Positions 1-9,628 of a stretch of 32,000 bases of DNA are shown here, piece after piece. A program made the position numbers and the translations under genes. Within the stretch, counting starts at the first letter, position 1. Every line of letters begins with the position of its first letter. The stretch is taken from positions 30,001-62,000 of the forward strand of contig CP085695.1 in the NCBI GenBank assembly GCA_029715105.1, read 5' to 3'. Source of the stretch: Candidatus Saccharimonadota bacterium. Lineage in GTDB: Bacteria > Pseudomonadota > Alphaproteobacteria > Rickettsiales > Anaplasmataceae. The notes beneath the pieces are model-generated. The model was not told where the DNA came from. It saw nothing but the letters and a program-made list of their open reading frames with translations, and did not search any database.

Positions 1-511
1 TATTTGATCTTGCAACTCTACTATGCAAAATATCTCCGCATATTACAACTTTAATATTTTTCATTTGTTTTTTATAATTACTAATTATAAGATAGTCTGT
101 AAGGGCTTGAGTTGGATGTTCGTTACTTCCATCACCTGCATTAATTAGTGAACAATTAATATATTTTGTTAATATGTTTAAAATACCACTGTTTTTTTGT
201 CTAATTATTATGTAATCTGGATTCATTGCATTTAATGTTTTTATTGTATCTTTTAAACTTTCTCCTTTTTCAATAGAAGAAGATTTTATAGGTAAGGTTA
301 TAACATTTGCACCAAGACTTCTTGCCGCTATTTCAAAGGACGCAAGAGTACGTGTTGAGTATTCAAAAAATAAGTTTATTACGGTTTTATTTTTTAAAAT
401 ATGTTTATCTTCTATTTTGTTTTTTAGATACTGAATAGCTATTTTAGTTATGTTTTCAATATCACTGATCGTAAGATCCTGTACACTCAGTAGATTTTTT
501 TTTAGATTCAT
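1..511 (-). CDS. pyrB: aspartate carbamoyltransferase catalytic subunit, N-terminal part (3' end lies beyond the window start)
   Basis: Absent from the ORF track because it runs off the window. Manual reverse translation from the ATG (complement of 509-511) gives MNLKKNLLSVQDLTISDIENI...FFEYSTRTLASFEIAARSLGANV...AGDGSNEHPTQALTDY...CGDILHSRVARSN. This carries the ATCase S-T-R-T, H-P-T-Q and HSRV motifs. Confidence 0.85.
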   Translation of the reverse strand, partial: MNLKKNLLSVQDLTISDIENITKIAIQYLKNKIEDKHILKNKTVINLFFEYSTRTLASFEIAARSLGANVITLPIKSSSIEKGESLKDTIKTLNAMNPDYIIIRQKNSGILNILTKYINCSLINAGDGSNEHPTQALTDYLIISNYKKQMKNIKVVICGDILHSRVARSN

Positions 512-1367
512 TAGTTTGTGTAATTGTAGTTAATTATTTTATCTAGTTATCATTTTTAGCAAATTTTGCATATGTTAGTTTCCTAATTTAGAGAAAATTT
601 TCTATGAAAGAAAAGTTTTAGTAGTTTAAACTAAAAATTTTTATTTTGGTATAAAAATATTTTTATGTTTACAATTTTATTGTAGGATTTGTTGCAGAAT
701 TTTATTCTCTTAAAATATTAAAATGTTACTTATTTGTAATACTTAATTATAATTAATTTTAATTCATTTTTCTTTATTTGTTTTATGTAACTTTGTTTAA
801 TTTTATTAAATAATCTATTTATAAATTTATTATATAATATATTTATACAAATTTTACTGAGTACAGATGTTCAATTTTTATTGATATTGCCTCAAAATTA
901 GATTTGATTTAATGTGTTAAGTAGTAGTAGTATATATTAATCTAAGACGTGAAAATCTAATTTTAATAAGGTTAGCTATTTTAAAAATCTTAATACTTAT
1001 TAAAAACATATCTTAAAAGATAAGAATAATGCGACAAGTTTAGAACTTCGCTATTTAGATTTAAGAATCTTTATCAAGACTTAGTTATTTTTAATTTAGT
1101 GATTTTAAAATTTAAGTATATAATATGTAATATAGTTTTATTTGTTCGAAATAAAGTATTTTGTTAAAATATGTTTTGTTTTATTTATTATATTTATTTA
1201 GCTTTAGATGTGTTCTTATTTAGAGCATTGCTTTGTATTTTAGAACCAAAAATTTAGTTGATGTATAGTTGTTTATTTGTTATGAATTTAATTAACCGTG
1301 TTAAATTTTGGAAATTAGTTTATAAAGAGTTTGTTTTCAACTTTTATAAAAGTAAGTAGTTAGATTT

Positions 1368-2573
1368 ATGTTACAAAGAGGTTGTTTGACATGGTTATTA
1401 GCGTCTTTGTTTTATACATATCAGTATATATTACGTGTAATTCCAAATATAATCGCACCTGAGCTGATAGCGAAATTTAAAATAAATATTACAGATGTTG
1501 GTCAATTTTGCGGCTTATATTATGTGGGTTATACTATTGCTCATATACCTATCGGTCTTTTTCTTGATAGATTCGGTCCGAAATTTGTTCTACCTATATG
1601 TATTGTTTTAACATTTATTGGAATGTTACCACTTGTATATTTAAATGAATGGTATTATTCAGTGCTTGGTAGAATAATTGTTGGAATTGGATCATCTGCC
1701 TCAGCGATTGGAATTTTTAAGATTGCAAATATATACTTTTCTCAAGAAAAATCCACAAGGATAGCTAGTTTATCTATAATAATAGGACTATTGGGGGCTG
1801 TTTATGGTGGATTACCTTTAAATTTTTTATTATCTAAGTTTAGTTGGTACAATGTTATTCGTACCTTTTCAGCGTTTGGTTGTTTTCTTGCTTTAATGTT
1901 ATTTTTAGTAACACCAAGTAATAATATACAAGAGACTATGAGTAGTAATATATTTCAGGATCTGAGATCTGTATTTTTTAATAGATATATTATTTTGATA
2001 AGTTTTTTTAGCGGTTTAATGGTTGGTCCATTAGAAGGTTTTGCTGATGGCTGGTCAAAGGTGTTTTTATGTGAGATGTATCAAATGACTGGGAATCTAG
2101 CATCTTTTTTTTCTTCTTTTATATTTGTAGGTATGGGGTTTGGGGTATTTTTTTTGGCTTATTTATTAGACAAATACCCAAATAGATATTACGAAGTAAT
2201 TATTGCATGTTCTTTTACAATGATTATTGGTTTTCTTCTACTTTTTGCGCGAGTTAGTTTGTATATTGCATTACCTTCTCTTTTTATTATTGGATTTGCA
2301 TCTGGATATCAAGTGATTACTATTTATAAAGCAATAAGTTATGTAAATGATAATTTGGTGGGTTTAGCCACAGCTGTTTCGAATATGATAGTTATGATTT
2401 TTGGTTATTTTTTTCATATTGGAATTGCAAAAATAATAGATTTGTCCTGGAATGAGATAGTACAAGAAAATTCTATATATAGTATTAAATTGATGATAAA
2501 GGCTATATCAATTATTCCTATATGTTTACTTTTTGCTGCTTTTGGGTTTTTCTGGTTAAAGAAACGGTCTTAA
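1368..2573 (+). CDS. major facilitator superfamily transporter, substrate unknown
   Basis: 401-aa ORF that is almost entirely hydrophobic helices. It has an MFS motif-A-like loop GLFLDRFGPK after the second helix and an ATG start. Confidence 0.8.
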   Translation: MLQRGCLTWLLASLFYTYQYILRVIPNIIAPELIAKFKINITDVGQFCGLYYVGYTIAHIPIGLFLDRFGPKFVLPICIVLTFIGMLPLVYLNEWYYSVLGRIIVGIGSSASAIGIFKIANIYFSQEKSTRIASLSIIIGLLGAVYGGLPLNFLLSKFSWYNVIRTFSAFGCFLALMLFLVTPSNNIQETMSSNIFQDLRSVFFNRYIILISFFSGLMVGPLEGFADGWSKVFLCEMYQMTGNLASFFSSFIFVGMGFGVFFLAYLLDKYPNRYYEVIIACSFTMIIGFLLLFARVSLYIALPSLFIIGFASGYQVITIYKAISYVNDNLVGLATAVSNMIVMIFGYFFHIGIAKIIDLSWNEIVQENSIYSIKLMIKAISIIPICLLFAAFGFFWLKKRS

Positions 2574-2647
2574 ATTTATTTAAAAAGTATAAAATTATGG
2601 TGTAAGGTTTTTTCTGTGTGTGGATTAATTTAAATGAAATTTAATTT

Positions 2648-3925
2648 ATGATAAGTGTTTCGAAAAAATCTTCTAGCTATAGAAATACTTTAGAATTTTT
2701 TGATAATGAAATTTATCAATTTATGAAAAAGGAGTTGCACAGACAAAAATCGCAACTTCAGCTGATTGCATCAGAAAATTTTGTCAGTGATGCAGTGATG
2801 GAGGCTCAAGGATCTTTTTTGACTAATAAATATGCTGAGGGTTATCCTGGGAAGAGATATTATTGTGGTTGTGAGTATGTTGATGAAATAGAAAATCTTG
2901 CTATAGAAAGGTTACGTAAATTGTTTAATGTCAAGTTTGTAAATGTTCAGCCTCACTCTGGTTCTCAAGCAAACCAGGCGGTGTTTGCTTCTTTGCTTAC
3001 TCCAGGTGATACAATACTTGGATTATCTTTAAGTTGTGGTGGGCATTTAACTCATGGTGCAATGCCGAATTTTTCTGGTAAGTGGTTTAAATCAGTTCAA
3101 TATACTGTCGATAGGAATACTCATTTACTTGATATGGATGAAGTAGAGAAATTAGCATGCAAATATAAGCCAAAATTGATTATAGCTGGTGCTTCTTCTT
3201 ATCCAAGAAAAATAAATTTTTGGCGTTTTCGAGAAATTGCGGATAAAGTTGATGCATATTTGCTTGCTGATATTGCTCATTACGCAGGGCTCATTGCTGC
3301 CGGTGAATATCCATCGCCGGTTGAATATGCGAATGTTGTAACTTCTACGACTCATAAAACTTTGCGTGGTCCTAGGGGAGGTATAATAATGACAAATGAT
3401 GAAATTTTATATAAAAAAATTCAGTCAGCAGTTTTTCCAGGATTACAAGGTGGACCTTTTATGCATGTGGTAGCAGCAAAAGCTGTTGCTTTTAAAGAAG
3501 CACTGATGCCAGAATTTAAGATTTATAGTAAAAATGTTATAGAAAACGCGAAAATATTAGCTAGAACTTTGCAAGAAAGTGGATTAAGTATCATAACTGG
3601 TGGTACTGATTCTCATATGGTATTAGTAGATTTGAGACCACAAAAATTAACTGGAAAGGATGTTGTAGATAGTCTTAAAAGAGCTGGTATTATTTGTAAT
3701 AAAAACTCTGTACCGTTTGATACAGAAGGGCCAACTATTACCTCAGGAGTGCGTTTTGGTAGTGCTGCTGAAACAACGCGTGGACTTAAAGTAGAAAATT
3801 TTAAGGAAATAGCGATTTTAATAAATGAAATAGTTCAGGGATTAATTAACAAAACTAATTTAAGTGTAGAGAAAGAAATAAAAGTTAAAGTTAAAAGGAT
3901 TTGTAATGATTTTTCTATTTATTAA
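2648..3925 (+). CDS. glyA: serine hydroxymethyltransferase
   Basis: 425-aa ORF with [26 protein letters not shown] and the PLP-lysine region [15 protein letters not shown]. Confidence 0.95.
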   Translation: MISVSKKSSSYRNTLEFFDNEIYQFMKKELHRQKSQLQLIASENFVSDAVMEAQGSFLTNKYAEGYPGKRYYCGCEYVDEIENLAIERLRKLFNVKFVNVQPHSGSQANQAVFASLLTPGDTILGLSLSCGGHLTHGAMPNFSGKWFKSVQYTVDRNTHLLDMDEVEKLACKYKPKLIIAGASSYPRKINFWRFREIADKVDAYLLADIAHYAGLIAAGEYPSPVEYANVVTSTTHKTLRGPRGGIIMTNDEILYKKIQSAVFPGLQGGPFMHVVAAKAVAFKEALMPEFKIYSKNVIENAKILARTLQESGLSIITGGTDSHMVLVDLRPQKLTGKDVVDSLKRAGIICNKNSVPFDTEGPTITSGVRFGSAAETTRGLKVENFKEIAILINEIVQGLINKTNLSVEKEIKVKVKRICNDFSIY

Positions 3926-4150
3926 ATTAAGGTTGTATGTTGTTAGGGAATAATTTAATTTATGATACGGGATGTTTTCTATAAGTGGAGTGAAAATAAT
4001 ATTTAATAATATTTTATAATTACTGGATATTTTTATAATTTTAATAGGGTTATTTTAGTTATTAAAATTAAAATCAAGAAAAATAATATTTCATGATTTT
4101 CGGAATCCGGTATTTTTTAGTAGAGAATTATAGTAATAGGGAGTGGGGAC

Positions 4151-4663
4151 CTATTTATCTTTTTTTAATCTTATAGCAATTGCTTCTTCCCAAAGATCAC
4201 CATTATGTAATAATTTTTCTTTGTTATATATAAGTTCCTCTTTAGTTTCTGTCGCAAATTCAAAATTTGGGCCTTCGACAATTGCGTCAACTGGACATGC
4301 TTCTTGACAGAATCCACAATATATGCATTTTGTCATATCAATATCGTAACGTGTAGTACGACGACTTCCGTCTTCTTTTTTTTCTGCTTCAATAATTATT
4401 GCTTGAGCAGGACAGATAATTTCACATAATTTGCAAGCTATGCATCGTTCTTCACCGTTTAAATATCTACGTAGTACATGTTCGCCACGAAATCTTGGAC
4501 TTAGTGGTCCTTTTTCTTTGGGGTATTTAAGTGTTACTTTTGGTTTTAATATATATTTAAGTGTAATAAAAAAACCTTTGATTAATTCTATGAAGAGGCA
4601 GTACCAAGCTAATTTTTTAAGCATAAATGTGAATTTTTTATTTTGTACGTTATATAATAACAT
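4151..4663 (-). CDS. nuoI: NADH-quinone oxidoreductase subunit I
   Basis: Two 4Fe-4S ferredoxin motifs ([12 protein letters not shown] and [12 protein letters not shown]) plus RFRGEH upstream. ATG at 4663, with an alternative in-frame ATG at 4624 (M14). Confidence 0.9.
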   Translation of the reverse strand: MLLYNVQNKKFTFMLKKLAWYCLFIELIKGFFITLKYILKPKVTLKYPKEKGPLSPRFRGEHVLRRYLNGEERCIACKLCEIICPAQAIIIEAEKKEDGSRRTTRYDIDMTKCIYCGFCQEACPVDAIVEGPNFEFATETKEELIYNKEKLLHNGDLWEEAIAIRLKKDK

Positions 4664-4704
4664 ATTTTTTTTTTATAAAGTGAATTTTTATTTTTATAAA
4701 AATT

Positions 4705-5493
4705 TCAAATATTAATTATTTTCATTCCTATTATATTATATCCTGAATCAACATGTAAAATTTCTCCCGTAGTACCGCTGCTTAAGTCGCTCACTAAATA
4801 TAGTGCAGCTTTCCCAATATCTTCTATTGTAGTATTACGTCTTAATGGAGAATTGCTTCTATTCCATTTTGATATAAAGTGAAAATCGCTTATTCCAGAA
4901 GATGCTAGTGTTCTAATTGGACCAGCGGAGATGGCATTTACTCTAATATTTTGTGGTCCAAGGTCGCACGCTATATATTTTACACTTGCTTCAAGTGCTG
5001 CTTTACATAAGCCCATTACATTATAATTTGGTATAACTTTTTCGGCACCATAGTAGGATAATGTTATTAGACTACCGTTATTTTGTATTATCTTTTCAGC
5101 TCTTTGTGCTAGAGCGGTAAAAGAATAGCATGATATATGCATAGCATTGAGGAAATTGTTTAGCGATGTATTAATATATTTGCCACTAAGCTCAGTTTTA
5201 TCGGAAAATGCGATTGCATGTATTAAAAAATCAAGAGTACCCCATTTTCTTTCTATTTTTTTAAAAACCTTATCTATTGTTTTTTCATTTACAACATCGC
5301 AGTTTAGTACAAGTTCTATATTTAATTCATCCGTTATTGGTTGCAACTTACTTTTTATTACTTCGTTTTGATAAGTAATTGCAAGTTCTGCTTTATGTTT
5401 TGAGAGAATTTTTGCTATTCCATATGCTATTGATCTTCTATTTGTTATTCCAGTTATTAACCCTCTTTTGCCCTTTAGCAAATCTGTTTTCAT
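4705..5493 (-). CDS. fabI: enoyl-ACP reductase (NADH)
   Basis: N-terminal GKRGLITGITNRRSIAYGIAK dinucleotide fold and SDR-type body (YNVMGLCKAALE). The ORF-track start at 5514 is a TTG. The in-frame ATG at 5493 gives MKTDLLKGKRGLITG, the usual FabI N-terminus. Confidence 0.9.
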   Translation of the reverse strand: MKTDLLKGKRGLITGITNRRSIAYGIAKILSKHKAELAITYQNEVIKSKLQPITDELNIELVLNCDVVNEKTIDKVFKKIERKWGTLDFLIHAIAFSDKTELSGKYINTSLNNFLNAMHISCYSFTALAQRAEKIIQNNGSLITLSYYGAEKVIPNYNVMGLCKAALEASVKYIACDLGPQNIRVNAISAGPIRTLASSGISDFHFISKWNRSNSPLRRNTTIEDIGKAALYLVSDLSSGTTGEILHVDSGYNIIGMKIINI

Positions 5494-5623
5494 AGAGAAC
5501 TTTTTATTTTGCAATTTTGAGTATTTTTAAAAAAAAGTCAAGATATTAGAGGTAATAAGATAATAATTTTAAGATTTATTATGTATTATAGATATACTTT
5601 TATAAGTATTTAATTTTATTAAT

Positions 5624-8515
5624 TTAATAAATTTTGGTTGAACATCCAGTTGGACCCATAAGAATTATTTGTTCATTTTTTTTGAAAAACTTACATAGAT
5701 TAGTTGAGCCGCCTGTTTCAAGTACAATAGTAGAAATAATTCCACTTTTTTTATCTACTTCAGTACCTGTTACAGCTATGCCCTCCATGGCAAGGTTAAT
5801 TTTTTTACTACTATTAACTTCAAAGCTTTGTAATCTAAAGAATTGACCTGGTTTAAAATTTTTTGCAGCAAGTGGTGCTTTTATTATTATTTCTATTATT
5901 TTATCAGTTAAATACTGAGTTTTTAAAACCCTTGCTGTGAGTTGTTCTTTAACTTTATTGAAGAATTTTTTGTTCATTAGGTATTTTGGTGTTATTTTGA
6001 TATATGATTTTGGTTTATTGTTTATTTGGACAATTTCATTTAAGAGTTTAGAAATAATAGGGTAGCCGATTTTAGCGCTTGTTATTGCTTTTACAACGTT
6101 GCCACTGTACGAAGGATGAAGATCACCAAAGAAACTAATTGTTTTGTTGCCTTGTTTATATACTAATATTCTATCTTTGTTTTGCATTTTAGGAGAAAAT
6201 ATCGGATCTATTTCTTCACCTGATGTATTTAATTGGACAAAATATCCATTTTTTAATTTAAAATGTTTTTTATCTTCTGTTGCGATAGTTGTGTTTGGTT
6301 CGGTGCCAGTTGCTATAATAATAGAACGTGCTTTTATGAGTTTAGTTTTGCCTGATTTTGTATTTATTAGTTTTATTGATTCAGCATGATTATATTTATC
6401 TGTTAAAATTTCAATTGGTTCTAAATTTTCAATGAAATAAATTCCCTCTGATAGGGCGTTTTGTACTTCTTTACTATTTAATCGGTAACTTGGTGAGTTT
6501 TTTAGTTCTTTTCTGTATATAATTTTTACTCCACCTAAATTTTGCATTAATTCTAATATTTTTATTTCTCTTTTTTCTTGTTTTGCTAGTTCTTTCTCTT
6601 TTTCAATTAGCTGTGCATGGGATATGAATTCATTCATGATTTCATGTTCTTCTTCTGTCCAATTTTTTTCAACGTAGTCTTTGCCGTGTTTATCAACTAA
6701 TATTTTATAACGAAGAAAAAATTTTTCTACTTGGATAGGATAATATGCTAGGGCTTCAGTAGCAGTATCAATTGCGGTAAGTCCTGCGCCTATAACGACT
6801 ATGGGCATACGAATTTGTAGATTTGTTATTGAACTAGCTCTAAGAGCTCCGTTAAGTTGTAACGACATTAGAAAATCGGACGCCATACGTACTCCACGAG
6901 CTAATATATTTTTTATTTTAATTATTTTTGGTTTACCCGCTCCGAGAGCTAGTGCTATATGATTAAAGCCTAAATTAAATGCATCATTAACAGTTAATGT
7001 ACTACCGAAACGGATTCCTCCGTAAAATGCAAAATTTTTACGTCTTTCTAATATTAATCTGATAATTTTTAAGTAATTTTTGTTCCATCGAGAAGTAATG
7101 CCATATTCTGTTACCCCACCAAATCCACTTGGTATACGATTACTCAATTTTTCGTGTTTAAAAGTTTTGATCGGTTGAAAATTATCAATTAGAGGTTCTA
7201 TTTTTAATCCATCAATTGCAATAACGTTGTGCCCATCATTTAGTAAATGATGGGCTAAGTTAAAGCCAGCGGGACCAAGACCAACAACTAGAATATTTTT
7301 TCCGGTATTTTTTTTAGGTAATGGTCGCTGAAAATTTAAAGGATTCCAGCGACTAAGTAAAGAATATATTTCAAATCCGTATGGTAAATTGAGTACATCG
7401 TTTAAAATTCTTGTTTCAATCATTGGTATATTTACAGGTTCTTGTTTTTGATATATGCATGAATTCATGCAATCATTGCATATTTTATATCCAGTAGCTG
7501 CACATAATGGATTATCTATCATTACAATTGCAAGACTAGCTATACTATATCCTTCGCTTTTTACAAGATTCATTTCTGATATTTTTTGTTCTAGTGGACA
7601 ACCATGCTGTTTAATTTTAAGTGGAGATTCTTTGAAAACTTTGTTCAGTTCGGAAAATGTGGTATTGGAATTTATATGTTCTTTTTGAATTTCAGTATTA
7701 TTTGATTTTTTTATAAAAAACAGCCCTTTTGAGCAACTATCTTTATTTTGTTTATGACAGAATACGCAGTAATGAGCATTATCTAATGCTTTATTTAAGC
7801 TAACATTTTTACTTGTTAAGTCAAAACCATATCTTCTTTTTATTTTGTCTGAATATAGAACTTCAATTCCATCTATTTCTTTTTTAGAGAACGATACCAG
7901 ATTTTCATAATCAATTTTTTTATGAGTACTAAAAAGTATGCTTTGTTTATTTTTTAATCTCCATGCAGCATATTGTGCTGCAAGTTCTATTTCTTTTTTA
8001 TAGAGTTCTTTATCTTTAAACCAATCTATTACCTGCTTAGCAAATTTCTTTTCTGTTATTGGTAAAGTAAAAAAATTATTTAGTTTGTTTATGACTAAAT
8101 CAATATTTATAGGTGTTGTATCAGTGTATTTTTTTAAAACATAGCGTCGAATAAAAAATTTTTTGCATTTATATATAAAAACAAAATCATTATGTTTTTT
8201 TTTTAATCTTAGGATTTCTTTTTCTATATTAAAAAGTTTAACAATAAATTTATCAAGTAAATATGAAAGATTTATAATTAATTGGCTTTGATAAGTTAGC
8301 ATTAGTTGTATTTTAGATAATTGAAGTGTTGTAAGTTTACATTTGGGTGATTTTTCATTTTCTAATAAAGGGGGTGTTTTTTTTCTTACTTTAATTAAAG
8401 AATAGAATAAATCTTCATTATATAGTTTTATATATTCTAAAAATGCTTTATCCAGTTTTTTTAATCCATTAAAAGTATATAAATCTAAAAACGAAATATC
8501 AAAATTTAGTTGCAT
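5624..8515 (-). CDS. multidomain Fe-S flavoprotein: unique N-terminal domain, GltD/dihydropyrimidine-dehydrogenase-like 2x[4Fe-4S] FAD/NAD(P)H oxidoreductase core, and a C-terminal ferredoxin-reductase-like beta-barrel
   Basis: 963-aa ORF. Cys clusters are C250-x2-C253-x7-C261...C306-P and C338-x7-C346-x2-C349-x3-C353. Two Rossmann motifs are present: VVGLGPAG at 411-417 and VIGAGLTA at 573-580. The C-terminus FKPGQFFRLQ...LMGPTG resembles an FNR/PyrK FAD barrel. Coding status is near certain, but the function is not established. Confidence 0.75.
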   Translation of the reverse strand: MQLNFDISFLDLYTFNGLKKLDKAFLEYIKLYNEDLFYSLIKVRKKTPPLLENEKSPKCKLTTLQLSKIQLMLTYQSQLIINLSYLLDKFIVKLFNIEKEILRLKKKHNDFVFIYKCKKFFIRRYVLKKYTDTTPINIDLVINKLNNFFTLPITEKKFAKQVIDWFKDKELYKKEIELAAQYAAWRLKNKQSILFSTHKKIDYENLVSFSKKEIDGIEVLYSDKIKRRYGFDLTSKNVSLNKALDNAHYCVFCHKQNKDSCSKGLFFIKKSNNTEIQKEHINSNTTFSELNKVFKESPLKIKQHGCPLEQKISEMNLVKSEGYSIASLAIVMIDNPLCAATGYKICNDCMNSCIYQKQEPVNIPMIETRILNDVLNLPYGFEIYSLLSRWNPLNFQRPLPKKNTGKNILVVGLGPAGFNLAHHLLNDGHNVIAIDGLKIEPLIDNFQPIKTFKHEKLSNRIPSGFGGVTEYGITSRWNKNYLKIIRLILERRKNFAFYGGIRFGSTLTVNDAFNLGFNHIALALGAGKPKIIKIKNILARGVRMASDFLMSLQLNGALRASSITNLQIRMPIVVIGAGLTAIDTATEALAYYPIQVEKFFLRYKILVDKHGKDYVEKNWTEEEHEIMNEFISHAQLIEKEKELAKQEKREIKILELMQNLGGVKIIYRKELKNSPSYRLNSKEVQNALSEGIYFIENLEPIEILTDKYNHAESIKLINTKSGKTKLIKARSIIIATGTEPNTTIATEDKKHFKLKNGYFVQLNTSGEEIDPIFSPKMQNKDRILVYKQGNKTISFFGDLHPSYSGNVVKAITSAKIGYPIISKLLNEIVQINNKPKSYIKITPKYLMNKKFFNKVKEQLTARVLKTQYLTDKIIEIIIKAPLAAKNFKPGQFFRLQSFEVNSSKKINLAMEGIAVTGTEVDKKSGIISTIVLETGGSTNLCKFFKKNEQIILMGPTGCSTKIY

Positions 8516-8571
8516 TATTTTTATATTGTGATTAATGAAATTTGTTCTTTATTTTTATATATAATAATATC

Positions 8572-9027
8572 TCATAGTGTTAATTTATTTTTGTCTTGTA
8601 ATTTTGCCAATATTGTTGTTTCTGCAACTTTTTCCTCGTTCACATGTGCAACACATTCAAACTTACATACGCGTAGACGTGTATGTCTAACATTAGATTG
8701 AAGAATTAGAGTGTCTCCTGGAATAACTGGTTTTCTAAAACTTGCATTTTTGATCGATGCGAAATAAACAACTTTATTTTCTATTGTACTTTTAGTTTCT
8801 TTACAGAGGATGCATATTGCAGAAGCCTGTGCCATAGATTCGATCATTAAAACACCTGGCATTATTGGATTTTTTGGAAAGTGTCCAATAAAAAACGGTT
8901 CATTAAAAGTCACGTTTTTGATTGCTTTTATATTCTTACCTGGATTACACTCTATTACTTTATCTACTAAGAGAAACGGATAAGAATGTGGTATTATTTC
9001 TATAATATTATTGATATTAAATTGCAT
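8572..9027 (-). CDS. fabZ: 3-hydroxyacyl-ACP dehydratase
   Basis: 151 aa with the hot-dog fold signature FFIGHFPKNPIMPGVLMIESMAQ. Confidence 0.95.
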   Translation of the reverse strand: MQFNINNIIEIIPHSYPFLLVDKVIECNPGKNIKAIKNVTFNEPFFIGHFPKNPIMPGVLMIESMAQASAICILCKETKSTIENKVVYFASIKNASFRKPVIPGDTLILQSNVRHTRLRVCKFECVAHVNEEKVAETTILAKLQDKNKLTL

Positions 9028-9052
9028 ATTAACAGTAAAATCTGGATTAAAG

Positions 9053-9628
9053 CTAGTTGATATCTTCCAAAGTATATTTTTGTATTTCTTTATTTATATT
9101 TTCTAATACTATACCTGATAAATCAATTTTATCCAAATCAGAATCATTTATAAAGTATAAAACCTGATTTTTTTTTGAAATAAGTAGTATTAAATCTATA
9201 TCATTTTTTTTAGCGATCTCTTTAGAGATTTTTTTTATTTTATTGAAAATGTTACCCATCGCATCTTTATAGTTTTTTTCTAGGTATAACATCTTTTTAG
9301 TATAGTTATTTCTGGAATTTAAAGTGTGTTCATCAAGTTGCTCCATTTTTTCTTTTTTTGCTTCTTCTGATAAAAGCTCAAATTCTTCTTTTGAGAGCTT
9401 AAATTTCTCTAGTTCATCTTCAAATTCTTGTTGTAGTTTAGAACTCTGTTCTTTTACCTGATGTTGTATATCTTGTAAAACAAGAGATTTATTAGTTATT
9501 TCATCAGTGTCAATAAATGCAACATTTACTAGTACATTTTTCTCTGGCTTGCGTTTTATAATATAAAAACCAATAGATAGAAAAATTATTAAAATGATAA
9601 TCGATATAAATAATTTTATGTATTTCAT
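9053..9628 (-). CDS. skp: OmpH/Skp-like periplasmic chaperone
   Basis: 191 aa with an N-terminal hydrophobic signal or anchor, then a long charged coiled region (QQEFEDELEKFKLSKEEFELLSEEAKKEKMEQ). It lies in the conserved position directly after bamA, and its ATG abuts the bamA stop with no spacer. Confidence 0.7.
   Translation of the reverse strand: MKYIKLFISIIILIIFLSIGFYIIKRKPEKNVLVNVAFIDTDEITNKSLVLQDIQHQVKEQSSKLQQEFEDELEKFKLSKEEFELLSEEAKKEKMEQLDEHTLNSRNNYTKKMLYLEKNYKDAMGNIFNKIKKISKEIAKKNDIDLILLISKKNQVLYFINDSDLDKIDLSGIVLENINKEIQKYTLEDIN

Noticed and set aside
921-932. (GTA)4 microsatellite, and the 856-bp pyrB/MFS divergent spacer (512-1367) in general.
   Set aside because: Four units is too short to be meaningful. 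I found no ORF, tRNA-like or structured-RNA signature, tandem repeat or GC island in this spacer, only AT-rich sequence of the kind common in these genomes.
2574-2647. A possible riboswitch (for example ZTP/pfl or glycine) upstream of glyA.
   Set aside because: The spacer is only 74 nt. It lacks the GC-rich conserved cores of those riboswitch classes.
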